A DNA stretch of 64,000 bases from Alphaproteobacteria bacterium (GCA_965227515.1 CBDDFZ010000001.1:1024001-1088000), one strand, 5' to 3'. Counted from the stretch's first letter, positions 9,621 through 20,387 are shown. A program made the numbers and translations. Notes: generated by a model from the letters alone, not told the origin.

Positions 9621-10769
9621 TCAATCCGCGCCGCTACGCATCCGGTCCACCGCCACCGCCTTGATCAGCGCCCAGACCCTTACCCCCGGCGCGAGGCCGA
9701 GCAGGTGGCGGGCGCGCTCGGTAACCCGGGCGATCAGGCGCACCTCGCCCGCATCGCCGTTGGCGGCAATCAGCACATCGACCTGGGCGTCGTTGACGGC
9801 GCCGATGTCGACGACCGTCGCCTCGATCTGGTTGAGCACGCTCAGCCCCCGCGGTTCCACCACCGCCAACGCCACGTCGCGGGCCAGCACGCGCAGGCGC
9901 ACCGCCGTGCCGACCGGGTCGGGCAGCGCCGGCACCCGGAACGTGTTGCCGCCGCAGCGCAGTTCGCTGAGCCCGTGGGTCAAATCCTTGCCGGCGACCC
10001 GGGCCTGCAACACCACGCCGGCATCGCCCTCGCCGAACGCGGCCTGCAGGTCCAGCCGCTGGGCCAGATCGAACAGCGGCCCGTCCGCCCGCACCATGCC
10101 TGCATCCAGCACCACCAGCCGGTCGGCCAGCCGTGCGACCTCGCGGAAGTCGTGGCTGATATAGACCATCGGCAGGCCGACATCGTCGCGCAGCCGCTCG
10201 ATCAACGGCAGGATCTGTGCCTTGCGCGGCGGGTCGAGCGACGCCAGCGGCTCGTCCAGCACCAACAGTCGCGGGCGGGCAAGCAGCGCCCGGCCGATGG
10301 CGACCCGCTGGCGCTCACCGCCGGAAAGCGTGTGCGGCCGCCGCCGCAACAGGCCGCCCAGACCGAGCAGTTCGATGATTTGCGCGCGGTCGACCTTGAC
10401 GCGGCCATCGTCCGCACGTGCCGCGCGCCGGGCGCCATAGTCGAGATTGCCCTCCACCGACAGGTGCGGCAGCAGCAGGCCGTCCTGGAACACATAGCCG
10501 ACGCGGCGGCGTTCCGGCGGCAGGTTGATGCGCCGCGCGCCGTCATAGACTGGCGTGCCATCCAGCCGGATGTGGCCGCTCTCCGGCCGCGCCAGCCCGG
10601 CGATGGCGTTGGCGATGGTGCTCTTGCCGGCGCCGGACGCGCCGAAGATCGCGGTGATGCTTCCCGCCGGGGCCGCGAATGCCGCCTCCAGACGGAAATC
10701 GCCGCGCCTGGCCCGGATCGCGATGTCCAGCCCGCCCGCCGGCGCGGCCATGGTCGCTTGTCCCGTCAT
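9621..10769 (-). CDS. modC: molybdate ABC ATPase
   Basis: GASGAGKST, LPPERRRVGYVFQD, LSGGERQR, C-term TOBE ending WALIKAVA. Confidence 0.93.
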   Translation of the reverse strand: MTGQATMAAPAGGLDIAIRARRGDFRLEAAFAAPAGSITAIFGASGAGKSTIANAIAGLARPESGHIRLDGTPVYDGARRINLPPERRRVGYVFQDGLLLPHLSVEGNLDYGARRAARADDGRVKVDRAQIIELLGLGGLLRRRPHTLSGGERQRVAIGRALLARPRLLVLDEPLASLDPPRKAQILPLIERLRDDVGLPMVYISHDFREVARLADRLVVLDAGMVRADGPLFDLAQRLDLQAAFGEGDAGVVLQARVAGKDLTHGLSELRCGGNTFRVPALPDPVGTAVRLRVLARDVALAVVEPRGLSVLNQIEATVVDIGAVNDAQVDVLIAANGDAGEVRLIARVTERARHLLGLAPGVRVWALIKAVAVDRMRSGAD

Positions 10770-11470
10770 GACCCTGCCTGCCCGATCCTGCGGCGGGCAC
10801 GGGCGGCAAGTGCCTCCGATGCGAGCAGGGCCGCGAACGCGATCACCAGGGAGATCACCACCAGGCGGGTCGCCTCGTCATCGTGACCGGGCTGCTGGGT
10901 GAGCTGGAACAGGGCCAGCGGCAGGGTCTGGGTTTCGCCCGGAATGTTAGAAACGAAGGTGATGGTGGCGCCGAATTCGCCCAGGCTGCGCGCGAAGGCG
11001 ACGGTGGCACCGGCCAGCAGGCCGGGCAGCGCCATCGGCATGGTGACCGACCAGAACGCGCCCCACGCGCTGGCGCCCAGCGTGCGGGCGGCCAGTTCCA
11101 GCCGGCGGTCGATGGTCTCCAATGACAGGCGGATGGCCCGCACCATCAGCGGGAACGCGATCACGGCCGACGCGATGGCCGCCCCCTGCCAGGTGAAGGC
11201 GACCGTGATGTCGAAGGTGTCGTACAGCCAGCCGCCGACCGCGCCCCGCCGGCCGAGCACGACAAGCAGCAGGTAGCCCACCACGACCGGCGGCACCACC
11301 AGCGGCACATGGACCAGCGCGTTGAGCAGCGCGTGGCCGGGAAAGCGCCGCCGGGCCAGCAGCCACGCCACCGCGACGCCGAACGGCAACGAGCACACGG
11401 TGCTCCACAGCGCGACACGCAGGCTCAGCACCAGCGCTTCCAGCTCGAACGGGGTCAGCGACAGGTCCAT
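10766..11470 (-). CDS. modB: molybdate ABC permease
   Basis: PLVVPPVVVGY, FPLMVRAIRLS, FARSLGEFGAT. Confidence 0.95.
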   Translation of the reverse strand: MDLSLTPFELEALVLSLRVALWSTVCSLPFGVAVAWLLARRRFPGHALLNALVHVPLVVPPVVVGYLLLVVLGRRGAVGGWLYDTFDITVAFTWQGAAIASAVIAFPLMVRAIRLSLETIDRRLELAARTLGASAWGAFWSVTMPMALPGLLAGATVAFARSLGEFGATITFVSNIPGETQTLPLALFQLTQQPGHDDEATRLVVISLVIAFAALLASEALAARARRRIGQAGS

Positions 11471-11471
11471 T

Positions 11472-11637
11472 CTAGTGTCCCGAATCTGAGGTTCGTCACA
11501 GTGTTTGCTGGCCTCGATCGAACTTCAGATTCGATTGGGACACTAGCAAGCTATTGAATCTAGTGTGGTTTCTGGTTTCGAAGTTCGTCAAGATGGCTGC
11601 GGCGATAATCGGACGAACTTCGAATCCACCACACTAG
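11472..11637. repeat. bipartite CTAG-bounded palindromic element (family B)
   Basis: Two hairpins, 11472-11546 and 11560-11637, each CTAGTGT...GTTCG/CGAAC...ACACTAG; lower GC than flanks. Confidence 0.8.
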
Positions 11638-11667
11638 GGTGCGATCAAGATCGGTACGGCCATCGGA

Positions 11668-12501
11668 TCAAGGTGCGAGCAGGCCATGGGCGATGAGCGC
11701 ATCACGCCCCTCCGGCCCCGCGATGAAGGCACAAAACGCCGCCGCGGCCTCGCGGTCGCCATCGGCGACGATGCCGGCCTGATAGACGATGGGCGCGTGC
11801 AGCTCTGCTGGGATCTCCAACAGGATGTCAACGCCGTCCGTATTGGCGGCGTCGCTGCGATAACCGATGCCGGCGGCGACCTCGCCGCGCGCCACCAGCA
11901 CCAACAGGGCCGCCGCATTGGCGGCATTGACCAGCCGGGACTCGAACTCGGCCCACACCCCTGCCCCCTGCAGCGCCTCGCGGGCATAGGTACCGACCGG
12001 GGCTGCCGCCGGGTCGCCGATGGCCAGCCGATCGTCGCCGACCAGCCTCGACAAATTGGCAAGCGTGGCGAGCGGTGCCTCCGGGGCTGGCAGATCCGCC
12101 GCGCGCATCACCACCAGGCGATTGCGCGCGATCGCGGTCACGCTGTCGGCCGTTACCGCGCCCGCCGCCGCCAGATAGGTCATCCAATCCACATTGGCGG
12201 CGACATAGAGATCGGCGGGCGCGCCCTGTTCGATCTGGCGCGCCAGCATGCCGCTGGATCCTGGCACGATCAGCAGATCGTGGCCGGTCTGCTCGTGGAA
12301 TGGCACGCGCATTGCTTCGATGACGTCGGCAAGGCTGGCAGCCACATAGACCCTGACCTCGCCCGCGAAGGCCTGCGCGCCCGACAGTGCACTCGACAGT
12401 GCAAGGGCGCCGATTGCCACGACGATGGCCAGGGCGGCAGCGAGGAAGGAGCGCCCGGTTGCGCGCAGATGGGTCAAACGGTGTGCCAGTTCTGGTGCCA
12501 T
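11668..12501 (-). CDS. modA: molybdate ABC substrate-binding protein
   Basis: VAASL, GSSGMLARQIEQGAPADLY, AIGDPAAAPVGTYA, HAPIVY. Confidence 0.92.
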   Translation of the reverse strand: MAPELAHRLTHLRATGRSFLAAALAIVVAIGALALSSALSGAQAFAGEVRVYVAASLADVIEAMRVPFHEQTGHDLLIVPGSSGMLARQIEQGAPADLYVAANVDWMTYLAAAGAVTADSVTAIARNRLVVMRAADLPAPEAPLATLANLSRLVGDDRLAIGDPAAAPVGTYAREALQGAGVWAEFESRLVNAANAAALLVLVARGEVAAGIGYRSDAANTDGVDILLEIPAELHAPIVYQAGIVADGDREAAAAFCAFIAGPEGRDALIAHGLLAP

Positions 12502-12674
12502 GTCGCGGGCTGATTCGGGGGCCTTTTGGAGACCGCCATCGACCTGCAACCCATATCGGGCGGTTGCACGCGCGGTTGTGCTGGTCCAAGGGCCTGTGTT
12601 AGTGCAAGAGTTACATAATCAAGAGGGATTGGGCATGCAAAGCCTGATCCTGGGGGTCACGAGGGAGATACGTG

Positions 12675-13700
12675 ATGAAGAAATGCATGTTGTTGGCCGG
12701 TGCTGCGGCCACTGCGATGACCGTGAGCGGTGCGGCGTTCGCCGGTGCGGACCTTGATGCCATCGTCGAGCGTGGCGAGCTGATCTGCGGCGTCAGCACC
12801 GGCCTGGCCGGTTTCTCGCTGACCGACAGCGAAGGCACCTGGACGGGCCTGGACGTCGACTACTGCAAGGCCGTCGCGGCCGCCATTCTCGGCGATGCCG
12901 GTGCCGTCAACTACGTGCCGTTGAGCGCGCAGCAGCGTTTCACCGCCCTGCAGTCGGGCGAGGTCGACCTTCTGTCGCGCAACACCACCTGGACGCTGAC
13001 CCGCGATACCTCGCTGGGCCTGAACTTCGCCGGCGTCACCTTCTACGACGGTCAGGGCTTCATGGTGCCGGCCGATCTCGGCGTGACCAGCGCGATGGAG
13101 CTGGACGGCGCGTCGGTGTGCGTGCAGACCGGCACCACCACCGAGCTGAACCTGGCCGACTTCTTCCGCGCCAACGGCATGAGCTATGACGCGGTGGTGT
13201 TCGAGAGCCTGGAAGAATCCAAGACCGCATTCTTCAACGGCCGCTGCAACATCTACACGACCGACGCCTCGGGCCTTGCCTCGATCCGCTCGGTGGATGC
13301 GCCGAACCCGGCCGACTACGTGATCCTGCCGGAGCTGGCCTCGAAAGAGCCCCTGGGCCCGGCCGTGCGCCATGGCGACGACCAGTTCCTCGACATCGTG
13401 AAGTGGGTGGTCTACGCGACCATCGAGGCCGAGGAAAAGGGCATCACGATGGACAACGTGGCTGACATGGCCGCCAGCAGCGAAGACCCGACCGTGCAGC
13501 GCCTGCTGGGCCAGACCCCCGGCATGGGCGAGGCCCTTGGCCTGTCCGAGGACTGGGCGGTCAACGTGATCTCCGCCGTCGGCAACTATGGCGAGATCTT
13601 CGAGCGCAATGTCGGCCCCGACACCCCGCTGAACCTGCCGCGTGGCCTGAACGCGCTGTGGACCGATGGCGGGTTGATGTACGCAATGCCGGCACGCTGA
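12675..13700 (+). CDS. aapJ: general L-amino acid ABC substrate-binding protein
   Basis: LICGVSTGLAGF, QRFTALQSGEVDLLSRNTTWT, SKEPLGPAVR, VGNYGEIFERN. Confidence 0.92.
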   Translation: MKKCMLLAGAAATAMTVSGAAFAGADLDAIVERGELICGVSTGLAGFSLTDSEGTWTGLDVDYCKAVAAAILGDAGAVNYVPLSAQQRFTALQSGEVDLLSRNTTWTLTRDTSLGLNFAGVTFYDGQGFMVPADLGVTSAMELDGASVCVQTGTTTELNLADFFRANGMSYDAVVFESLEESKTAFFNGRCNIYTTDASGLASIRSVDAPNPADYVILPELASKEPLGPAVRHGDDQFLDIVKWVVYATIEAEEKGITMDNVADMAASSEDPTVQRLLGQTPGMGEALGLSEDWAVNVISAVGNYGEIFERNVGPDTPLNLPRGLNALWTDGGLMYAMPAR

Positions 13701-13774
13701 CCGGCGATAGGCGATAGGACCGGGTACGCCACGGCGGCGCGCCCGGTCCGCTCGCTCCCAACAGCACCAGAACC

Positions 13775-14968
13775 ATGTCCCGGACGCCCGCGCAGGCGCC
13801 CCCCGCTCAAGGTCTATTCAGCGGCGGATTGGGCAACGCCACATTGCGCGCCGTCATCTACCAAGTCGTCTTCGTCATCGTCCTGGTGGCGCTCGGCTGG
13901 TGGATCGTCAACAACACCATCGACAACCTGCGTGAACTGGAGATCCAGGCCGGCTTCGGCTACCTGTCCGAAGAAGCCGGCATGCCGATTTCCGACACGT
14001 TGGTGTCGTATGCGGAAACCGACACCTACTTCCGCGCGTTCATCGTCGGCGTCCTGAACACGCTGAAGGTCGCGGCCGTCGGTGTGGTCCTGGCCACTAT
14101 TCTGGGCACCATCGTCGGTGTGTCGCGCCTGTCGCACAATTGGCTGGTGGCCAAGCTGGCGTCGATCTACGTCGAGACCGTCCGCAACATCCCGCTGCTG
14201 CTGCAGCTCTTCTTCTGGTACTCGCTGATCACGGCGATCCTGCCGGAAAACTCAGATCCGTTCTTCCTGACATCGACCGTCGTGCTGTCCAAGGCGGGGC
14301 TGCTGTATCCCGTGCCGGTGCCGCACTTCGGCTGGCTGCTGGCGGTGATCGGCATCGTGGTTGCCATCGGCATCGCATTCTACCTCAAGCGACTTGCGCA
14401 CAAGCGCCAGGACCAGACCGGACAGCCAATGAGCATCTGGTACTGGGTGATCCTGGCACTGATTGTCTGCCCGGCCGCGGGCTGGGCAATTTCCGGCGCG
14501 CCGACCGAGTTCATCTACCCGGAGATCAACCGCTTCGGCGTGCGCGGCGGCGGCTCGATCTCGCCGGAGTTCATGGCGCTGCTGCTGGGCCTGGTGATCT
14601 ACACCGCCGGCTTCATCGCGGAGATCGTGCGCAGCGGCATCCAGGCCATCAGCCACGGCCAGACCGAGGCGTCGTTCGCGCTCGGGCTGACCCGCGGCCA
14701 GACGCTGCGGCTGGTCACGCTGCCGCAGGCGATGCGGGTGATCATCCCGCCGATGACCAGCCAATACCTGAACCTGACCAAGAACAGCTCGCTGGCGGTC
14801 GCCATCGGCTATCAGGAACTGGTCTCCATCACCAACACGACGTTGAACCAGACCGGACAGGCGATCGAGCCGCTGGCGCTGGCGATGGCCATCTACATGA
14901 CCATCAGCCTGTCGATCTCGATGTTCATGAACTGGTACGACAAGAAGATCGCGCTGAAGGAGCGGTGA
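13775..14968 (+). CDS. aapQ: general amino acid ABC permease
   Basis: RLSHNWLV, YVETVRNIPLLLQL, QYLNLTKNSSLAVAIGY. Confidence 0.9.
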   Translation: MSRTPAQAPPAQGLFSGGLGNATLRAVIYQVVFVIVLVALGWWIVNNTIDNLRELEIQAGFGYLSEEAGMPISDTLVSYAETDTYFRAFIVGVLNTLKVAAVGVVLATILGTIVGVSRLSHNWLVAKLASIYVETVRNIPLLLQLFFWYSLITAILPENSDPFFLTSTVVLSKAGLLYPVPVPHFGWLLAVIGIVVAIGIAFYLKRLAHKRQDQTGQPMSIWYWVILALIVCPAAGWAISGAPTEFIYPEINRFGVRGGGSISPEFMALLLGLVIYTAGFIAEIVRSGIQAISHGQTEASFALGLTRGQTLRLVTLPQAMRVIIPPMTSQYLNLTKNSSLAVAIGYQELVSITNTTLNQTGQAIEPLALAMAIYMTISLSISMFMNWYDKKIALKER

Positions 14969-14969
14969 G

Positions 14970-16169
14970 GTGACGGCGGAAGACACAACCACTCCGCGCA
15001 CCGAGGTGCCCCTCAGCGCGCGGCTCGCCGCCAACCCGGTCACCGCGTGGGCGCGTTCCAACCTGTTTTCGAGCTGGTGGAACGCCATCCTGACGCTGAT
15101 CTGCGTGGTGCTGGCGTTCCTGGCATTGTCCAGCCTGCTGAACTGGGCGGTGTTCGACGCGATATGGTCTGACGTGGAGGCGGCGGTCTGTAAGGACCAG
15201 CGTGCCGCGGCGGCCGCCTATCAGGCGCAGCAGGCCGAGATCGCGGCCGGTGTCGAGTTTGCCGAGCAGGACCTTCTGGAGCAGACCAGCTCCGGTGCCT
15301 GTTGGGCCATCATCCACGAGAAATACCGGCTGATCCTGTTCGGCCGCTATCCTTTCGCCGAGCAATGGCGGCCGCTGATCGCCATGGTGCTGTTCGTCGG
15401 GCTGGTCGGCATCTCGTGCTATCCGGGGGCCTGGGGCCGCCCGTTGATGGTTGCGTGGCCGGTGGGGCTGGTCGTCTGCGGCTTGCTGATGTTCGGCGGC
15501 GTGTTCGGCATGGAATTCGTCGAGACCGCGCTGTGGGGCGGGTTACCGCTGACGCTCATATTATCGGTCTTCGGCTGCGTGCTCGCGTTCCCGATCGCGA
15601 TCCTGCTCGCGTTGGGGCGAAGATCGGAGATGCCGATCATCAAGGCGATCTGCGTCGGCTTCATCGAGCTGATACGCGGCGTGCCGCTGATCACCATCCT
15701 GTTCATGGCCAGCTTCATGATCCCGCTGTTCCTGCCGGGCAAGATCTCGGTGGACAAGCTGGTGTTCCCGCTGTTGGGCTTCGTCATCTTCACCGCCGCC
15801 TACCTGGCCGAGGTGATCCGTGGCGGCCTGGCCAGCCTGCCGCGCGGCCAGTACGAGGCCGCTGACGCGCTGGGGCTCAGCTACTGGAAGAAGACGCGGC
15901 TGATCATCCTGCCGCAGGCGTTGAAGAAGGTGATCCCGCCGATCGTCAACACCATCATCGGCGCGTTCAAGGACACCTCGCTGGTGGTCATCATCTCGCT
16001 GACCGACCTGCTGCTGGCCGCGCGCTCGGCGTTTTCGGACCCGGAATGGCGGCCGTTCTTCGTCGAAGTCTACGTCTTCACCGCGTTGATCTATTTCGTG
16101 TTCTGCTTCTCGATGTCGAAGTACAGCCAGTGGCTGGAGCGCGATTTGGCTAAGGGCGAGCGCCGATGA
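14970..16169 (+). CDS. aapM: general amino acid ABC permease
   Basis: [36 protein letters not shown]. Confidence 0.9.
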   Translation: MTAEDTTTPRTEVPLSARLAANPVTAWARSNLFSSWWNAILTLICVVLAFLALSSLLNWAVFDAIWSDVEAAVCKDQRAAAAAYQAQQAEIAAGVEFAEQDLLEQTSSGACWAIIHEKYRLILFGRYPFAEQWRPLIAMVLFVGLVGISCYPGAWGRPLMVAWPVGLVVCGLLMFGGVFGMEFVETALWGGLPLTLILSVFGCVLAFPIAILLALGRRSEMPIIKAICVGFIELIRGVPLITILFMASFMIPLFLPGKISVDKLVFPLLGFVIFTAAYLAEVIRGGLASLPRGQYEAADALGLSYWKKTRLIILPQALKKVIPPIVNTIIGAFKDTSLVVIISLTDLLLAARSAFSDPEWRPFFVEVYVFTALIYFVFCFSMSKYSQWLERDLAKGERR

Positions 16170-16957
16170 GCGCGGCGCCCCAGGACCGGAGCCCACCCAT
16201 GAGCGACATTGCCGACGGCACCAACGCCGCCATCATGATGACCGGCGTGAACAAGTGGTACGGCCAGTTCCACGTGCTGCGCGACATCAACTTCACGGTC
16301 AACAAGGGCGAGAAGCTGGTGGTGTGCGGCCCGTCGGGCTCCGGCAAGTCGACGCTGATCCGCTGCGTCAACCGGCTGGAGGAGCACCAGTCGGGCTCGA
16401 TCGTTGTCGACGGCATCGAGCTGACCAACGACCTGAAGAACATCGAGCTGGTGCGCCGCGAAGTCGGCATGGTGTTCCAGAGCTTCAACCTGTTCCCGCA
16501 TCTTTCGGTGCTGGAGAACCTGACGCTGGCGCCGATCTGGGTGCGCAAGATGCCGAAGGCGGAGGCCGAGGAACGGGCGATGCACTACCTGGAGCGGGTG
16601 AAGATCCCGGAGCAGGCCAACAAGTACCCGGGCCAGTTGTCCGGCGGCCAGCAGCAGCGCGTCGCGATTGCGCGGGCCTTGTGCATGCGTCCGAAGATCA
16701 TGCTGTTCGACGAGCCGACGTCCGCCCTGGACCCGGAAATGGTGAAAGAGGTGCTGGACACCATGGTAGAGCTGGCCCGGGAGGGCATGACCATGGTCTG
16801 CGTGACCCACGAGATGGGCTTCGCGCGCCAGGTGGCCGACCTGGTGGTGTTCATGGCAGACGGCGAGATCGTGGAGACCGCGCCGCCGGAGGACTTCTTC
16901 TCCAACCCGCGCGAAGAGCGCACCAAGCTGTTCCTCAGCCAGATTTTGCAGCACTAG
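16166..16957 (+). CDS. aapP: general amino acid ABC ATPase
   Basis: [29 protein letters not shown]. Confidence 0.92.
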   Translation: MSAAPQDRSPPMSDIADGTNAAIMMTGVNKWYGQFHVLRDINFTVNKGEKLVVCGPSGSGKSTLIRCVNRLEEHQSGSIVVDGIELTNDLKNIELVRREVGMVFQSFNLFPHLSVLENLTLAPIWVRKMPKAEAEERAMHYLERVKIPEQANKYPGQLSGGQQQRVAIARALCMRPKIMLFDEPTSALDPEMVKEVLDTMVELAREGMTMVCVTHEMGFARQVADLVVFMADGEIVETAPPEDFFSNPREERTKLFLSQILQH

Positions 16958-16972
16958 GCGCCAGCAAACGCC

Positions 16973-17368
16973 TCAGTCCGGCAGCTGCAGGTCCATCACC
17001 ACGAACACCGTGACCGGGTCGCCGTTGGGCGCGGTGCGGTCCTCAAGCCGGCCAATGACAGCGATCTGCCCGCTGTGCTGGCTGACCGCGCCCACCACGC
17101 GCTCCCGCAACAAGTCCTCGCGTGCGCCGATCAGCGGCTCGAACTCGATCAGGTTCAAACGGTGCTCGGTGCCGTCTTCCGCCACCGCGATGGTCCAGGT
17201 CGGGCAGGGCGCACGAATACACACGATGCCGGCGTCGCGCAGCAGGTAGTTCTCGATAGCCGCGGCGGGTTCGGCGGCAACGGCCGCGTTCGGGGCAGCC
17301 GATACGCACCCCAGCGTCGTCACCGCGGTCAATAGCAGCGCCGCCAAGGCGGTACGCCGCACTGTCAT
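16973..17368 (-). CDS. exported protein with GIVCIRAPCP motif (DUF6748-like)
   Basis: Signal-like N-term; YLLRDAGIVCIRAPCPTW; family name from recall. Confidence 0.6.
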   Translation of the reverse strand: MTVRRTALAALLLTAVTTLGCVSAAPNAAVAAEPAAAIENYLLRDAGIVCIRAPCPTWTIAVAEDGTEHRLNLIEFEPLIGAREDLLRERVVGAVSQHSGQIAVIGRLEDRTAPNGDPVTVFVVMDLQLPD

Positions 17369-17523
17369 GATCATGGCACACCTCGAAACCGGTCTCGGGT
17401 CGCCCATCCCTGCCTTGCCAAGCTCCAACTTGGCGATCAATGTTGGCGCAACCAAGGCGCCCCGTCGGTCGCGTTCGTATTTGGGGTCGGTCGCGACCCG
17501 GCTCGGGCGCGGGAGGACGCGTC

Positions 17524-18357
17524 ATGCGATCGCGCATCCGGCCTGGGTTGGCTGTTCTCTCCGTCGCCATGGCGGCGGCGTTCGCCGCGCCCGCCGCCGC
17601 GCAGGACTGCTCCGGGACCTGGGCAATCCTGACCGGTAGCCAGCAGATCAGCGGCGCCACGGCGCAACCGCTGCCGGCGCAGTCGGTCGACACCACCTGG
17701 GTCATGCGCCAGACCAGCGGCAGCGGCGATCTCTACGGCACCTGGCGGCTGGTGCGCATCGTGTCGGAGTTCCTTTTTCTGCAACCGCTGCCGGTCGTGC
17801 CGCCGCCCAGCTACTACAACACGCAGGTTGGCGCCCAAGTGTTCGCCTGTGCCGACACATTCACGGCCACCTCCTCGGTCCACGCCTGCGACTGGGGCGT
17901 CGACTACCAGGTGACGCCGCAAGGCATCTTTCTGGGCCAGGTCCAGGTCGGCAGCGCAAGCCCCGGCCTGCTCACCATCACCGAGCCGGGCGTGCCGAAC
18001 ATGCCGAGCCTGACGATGACCGGCACGCCGGCGCCCATCGACGGCCTGGTCAGCCTGTCCGCCACCGCGCAGCGCAACTCCGCCAACGCGCCTCAGGCCT
18101 ACAGGGTGTTCCTCACCGTCCACGTTCGGCCCGGCCAGCTGCTCAGCCGGGTCGAGCTGGTCCATTTCTTCAGCGGCGTCTCGCAATCGCCGATGCAGGT
18201 CAATCCCGACCGGGCATCGGGCACCATCGTGCTGACGTTCGCCGGACTTAACGGCCTGCCCGACCACGTTCTCGACCAGCCGATGTCGTTGATGGTGAAC
18301 ATGGGCGACTGCCGGATCGCCCGAAGTATCACCTTACGCGGGATACTGGTGCCGTGA
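17524..18357 (+). CDS. secreted beta-rich hypothetical protein
   Basis: GGAGG RBS; Sec signal ending AAA-Q; Thr/Ser/Val/Pro-rich. Confidence 0.7.
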   Translation: MRSRIRPGLAVLSVAMAAAFAAPAAAQDCSGTWAILTGSQQISGATAQPLPAQSVDTTWVMRQTSGSGDLYGTWRLVRIVSEFLFLQPLPVVPPPSYYNTQVGAQVFACADTFTATSSVHACDWGVDYQVTPQGIFLGQVQVGSASPGLLTITEPGVPNMPSLTMTGTPAPIDGLVSLSATAQRNSANAPQAYRVFLTVHVRPGQLLSRVELVHFFSGVSQSPMQVNPDRASGTIVLTFAGLNGLPDHVLDQPMSLMVNMGDCRIARSITLRGILVP

Positions 18358-18372
18358 GTGGCGTCGCCTATT

Positions 18373-18518
18373 TAAGTCGGCACCGGCCCTCTCCCCCACG
18401 CGGCCACCTACGTGAGTATCCTGCTGGGTGGCCGGGTGCCAAAAGGGAGCGCGGATGCGCGACCGCATGGATATGGGAGAGGGCTGGCGCAGATTCAGCG
18501 CAAGCTGATCATGCCCTA
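18373..18518. mobile_element. family A MITE-like element, copy 3, abutting IS630
   Basis: Same arms and tail CAGCGCAAGCTGATCATGCCC-TA; loop motif inverted; extra insert in right arm. Confidence 0.75.
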
Positions 18519-19566
18519 GAGCGGGGTCTTTTTTGGAGGAATCGAAAGGGGATTCCCGACTCGGGGGGTAATCTGATTCAACGTGTTGGTCTTGAGAGGA
18601 GGCTGGCGCGATGGGTCGACCCTATTCGAATGATCTTCGTGAGCGTGCTGTTGCTCGAGTGATGGCCGGTGAGACGGTTCGCTCTGTGGCATCCGCGTTC
18701 GACGTGAGCGTGTCTGCGGTTGTGAAGTGGTCGCAGCGGTATCGGCGCACCGGGAGTGTTGCGCCGGGCAAGGTCGGTGGCCACAAGCGGATCATATTGG
18801 CGCCGCATCGCGACTTCGTGCAGGCCCGTTTGGCAGCCGAGCCGCACCTTCCCTTGCGCTCCTTGCAGCGCGAGCTGGCCGATCGCGGCATCCGGGTGAG
18901 CTACGGCGCGATCTGGCGCTTTGTGCATGCCGAGGGATTGAGCTTCAAAAAAAACCGCGCTGGCCAGCGAGCAGGATCGTCCCGACGTGGCACGGCGGCG
19001 CGCGCGCTGGAAGCGTCATCAGGCAAAGCTTGATCCCGCCCGCCTGGTCTTCATTGACGAGACCTGGGCCAAGACCAACATGGCGCCGTTGCGCGGTTGG
19101 AGCCGGCGCGGTCGTCGCCTCGTCGGCAAGGCTCCGCACGGCCGCTGGCGCACCCTGACCTTCCTCGCTGCCCTGCGCTGCGACCAGCTCACCGCACCGT
19201 GCGTCTTCGACGGCCCGATTAACGGTCAGGCCTTCCTCGCCTATGTCGAGCAGATCCTGGTGCCGACGCTCAAACCCGGCGACATCGTCATCATGGACAA
19301 CCTGGGCAGCCACAAGGGCAAGGCCGTACGGGCCGCCCTGCGCCAGGCCGGCGCAAGGCTGCTCTTCCTGCCGCCCTACAGCCCCGACCTCAATCCCATC
19401 GAGCAGGTGTTCGCCAAACTCAAGCACTTGCTCAGGCGCGCCGCAGAGCGCACCATCGACGACACATGGCGGCGTATCGGAAAACTACTCGACGCGTTCC
19501 AGCCACACGAATGCAACAACTACATCGTCAATGCAGGATACGCTTCCGCCTAAAACGATCCCGCTC
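18519..19566 (+). mobile_element. IS630-family insertion sequence (1048 bp)
   Basis: IRs GAGCGGGGTCTTTTT / revcomp GAGCGGGATCGTTTT; TA on both sides (18517-18518, 19567-19568). Confidence 0.92.
18611..19553 (+). CDS. IS630 transposase, two ORFs joined by a frameshift at the A8 run (18947-18954)
   Basis: ORF A HTH MGRPYSNDLR...LSFKK; ORF B DDE: FIDET, MDNLGSHK, LPPYSPDLNPIE. Confidence 0.92.
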
Positions 19567-20387
19567 TAAGTAACCTCGGGTAGCGGCGTTTCCTGCAACC
19601 GGCCGCCCAGGCGGATCGGCGCGATCCGGCGCGCCAGCCCGGTGGTGTCGTCGGTTTCCACGAACACGCCGCACAGTGTGGCCGGCGACATCGCCGGCGA
19701 CAACCGCTCGCCCGGCATCTTGTTCACGAAGCGCGCGACGGCGGGCTCCTTCTTCATGCCGATCACCGAATCGTAGTCGCCGCACATGCCGGCGTCGGAC
19801 ATGAAGGCCGTGCCGCCGGGCAGGATCTGCGCATCGGCGGTCGGCACGTGGGTGTGGGTGCCGACCACCAGGCTGGCGCGGCCGTCGCAGAAATGGCCCA
19901 TGGCCATCTTCTCGCTGGTCGCCTCGCCGTGGTGGTCGATCACGATGGCGGCCACGTCACGCCCCAGCCGCTTTTCCGTCAGCACCGCCTCCACGGCGGC
20001 GAACGGGTCGTCCAGCGGGTCCATGTAGAGGCGCAGCATGACATTGACCACCAGCACGGCCCGCCCGTCCGCCAGACCGTAGACGTTGGCGCCGCGCCCC
20101 GGCGTGGCGCGCGGGAAGTTGATCGGCCGCAGCACCCGATGGTCGTGGGCCAGGTGGTCGACGATCTCGCGCTGGTCCCAGACGTGATTGCCGGTGGTGA
20201 TGACGTCGACGCCCGCCTCGTGCAGGCGCAGTGCGATCTTGGCGGTCAGCCCGAAGCCGGCGGCGGCGTTCTCGCCGTTGACGATCACCAGGTCGAGCTT
20301 CAGGTCCCGGCGCAGGCGCGGAATGTGCTCGATGGCGACGTCGCGCCCGGCACGCCCCACGATATCGCCGCAGAACAGGATACGCAT
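19566..20387 (-). CDS. YmdB/TIGR00282 metallophosphoesterase
   Basis: MRILFCGDIVG, NGEN, TTGNH, HGEATSEK, GTHTHVPTAD. Confidence 0.93.
   Translation of the reverse strand: MRILFCGDIVGRAGRDVAIEHIPRLRRDLKLDLVIVNGENAAAGFGLTAKIALRLHEAGVDVITTGNHVWDQREIVDHLAHDHRVLRPINFPRATPGRGANVYGLADGRAVLVVNVMLRLYMDPLDDPFAAVEAVLTEKRLGRDVAAIVIDHHGEATSEKMAMGHFCDGRASLVVGTHTHVPTADAQILPGGTAFMSDAGMCGDYDSVIGMKKEPAVARFVNKMPGERLSPAMSPATLCGVFVETDDTTGLARRIAPIRLGGRLQETPLPEVT

Noticed and set aside
18947-18954. Transposase frameshift as pseudogenisation
   Set aside because: An A-run at this junction is typical of programmed frameshifting in IS630; IRs and DDE motifs are intact
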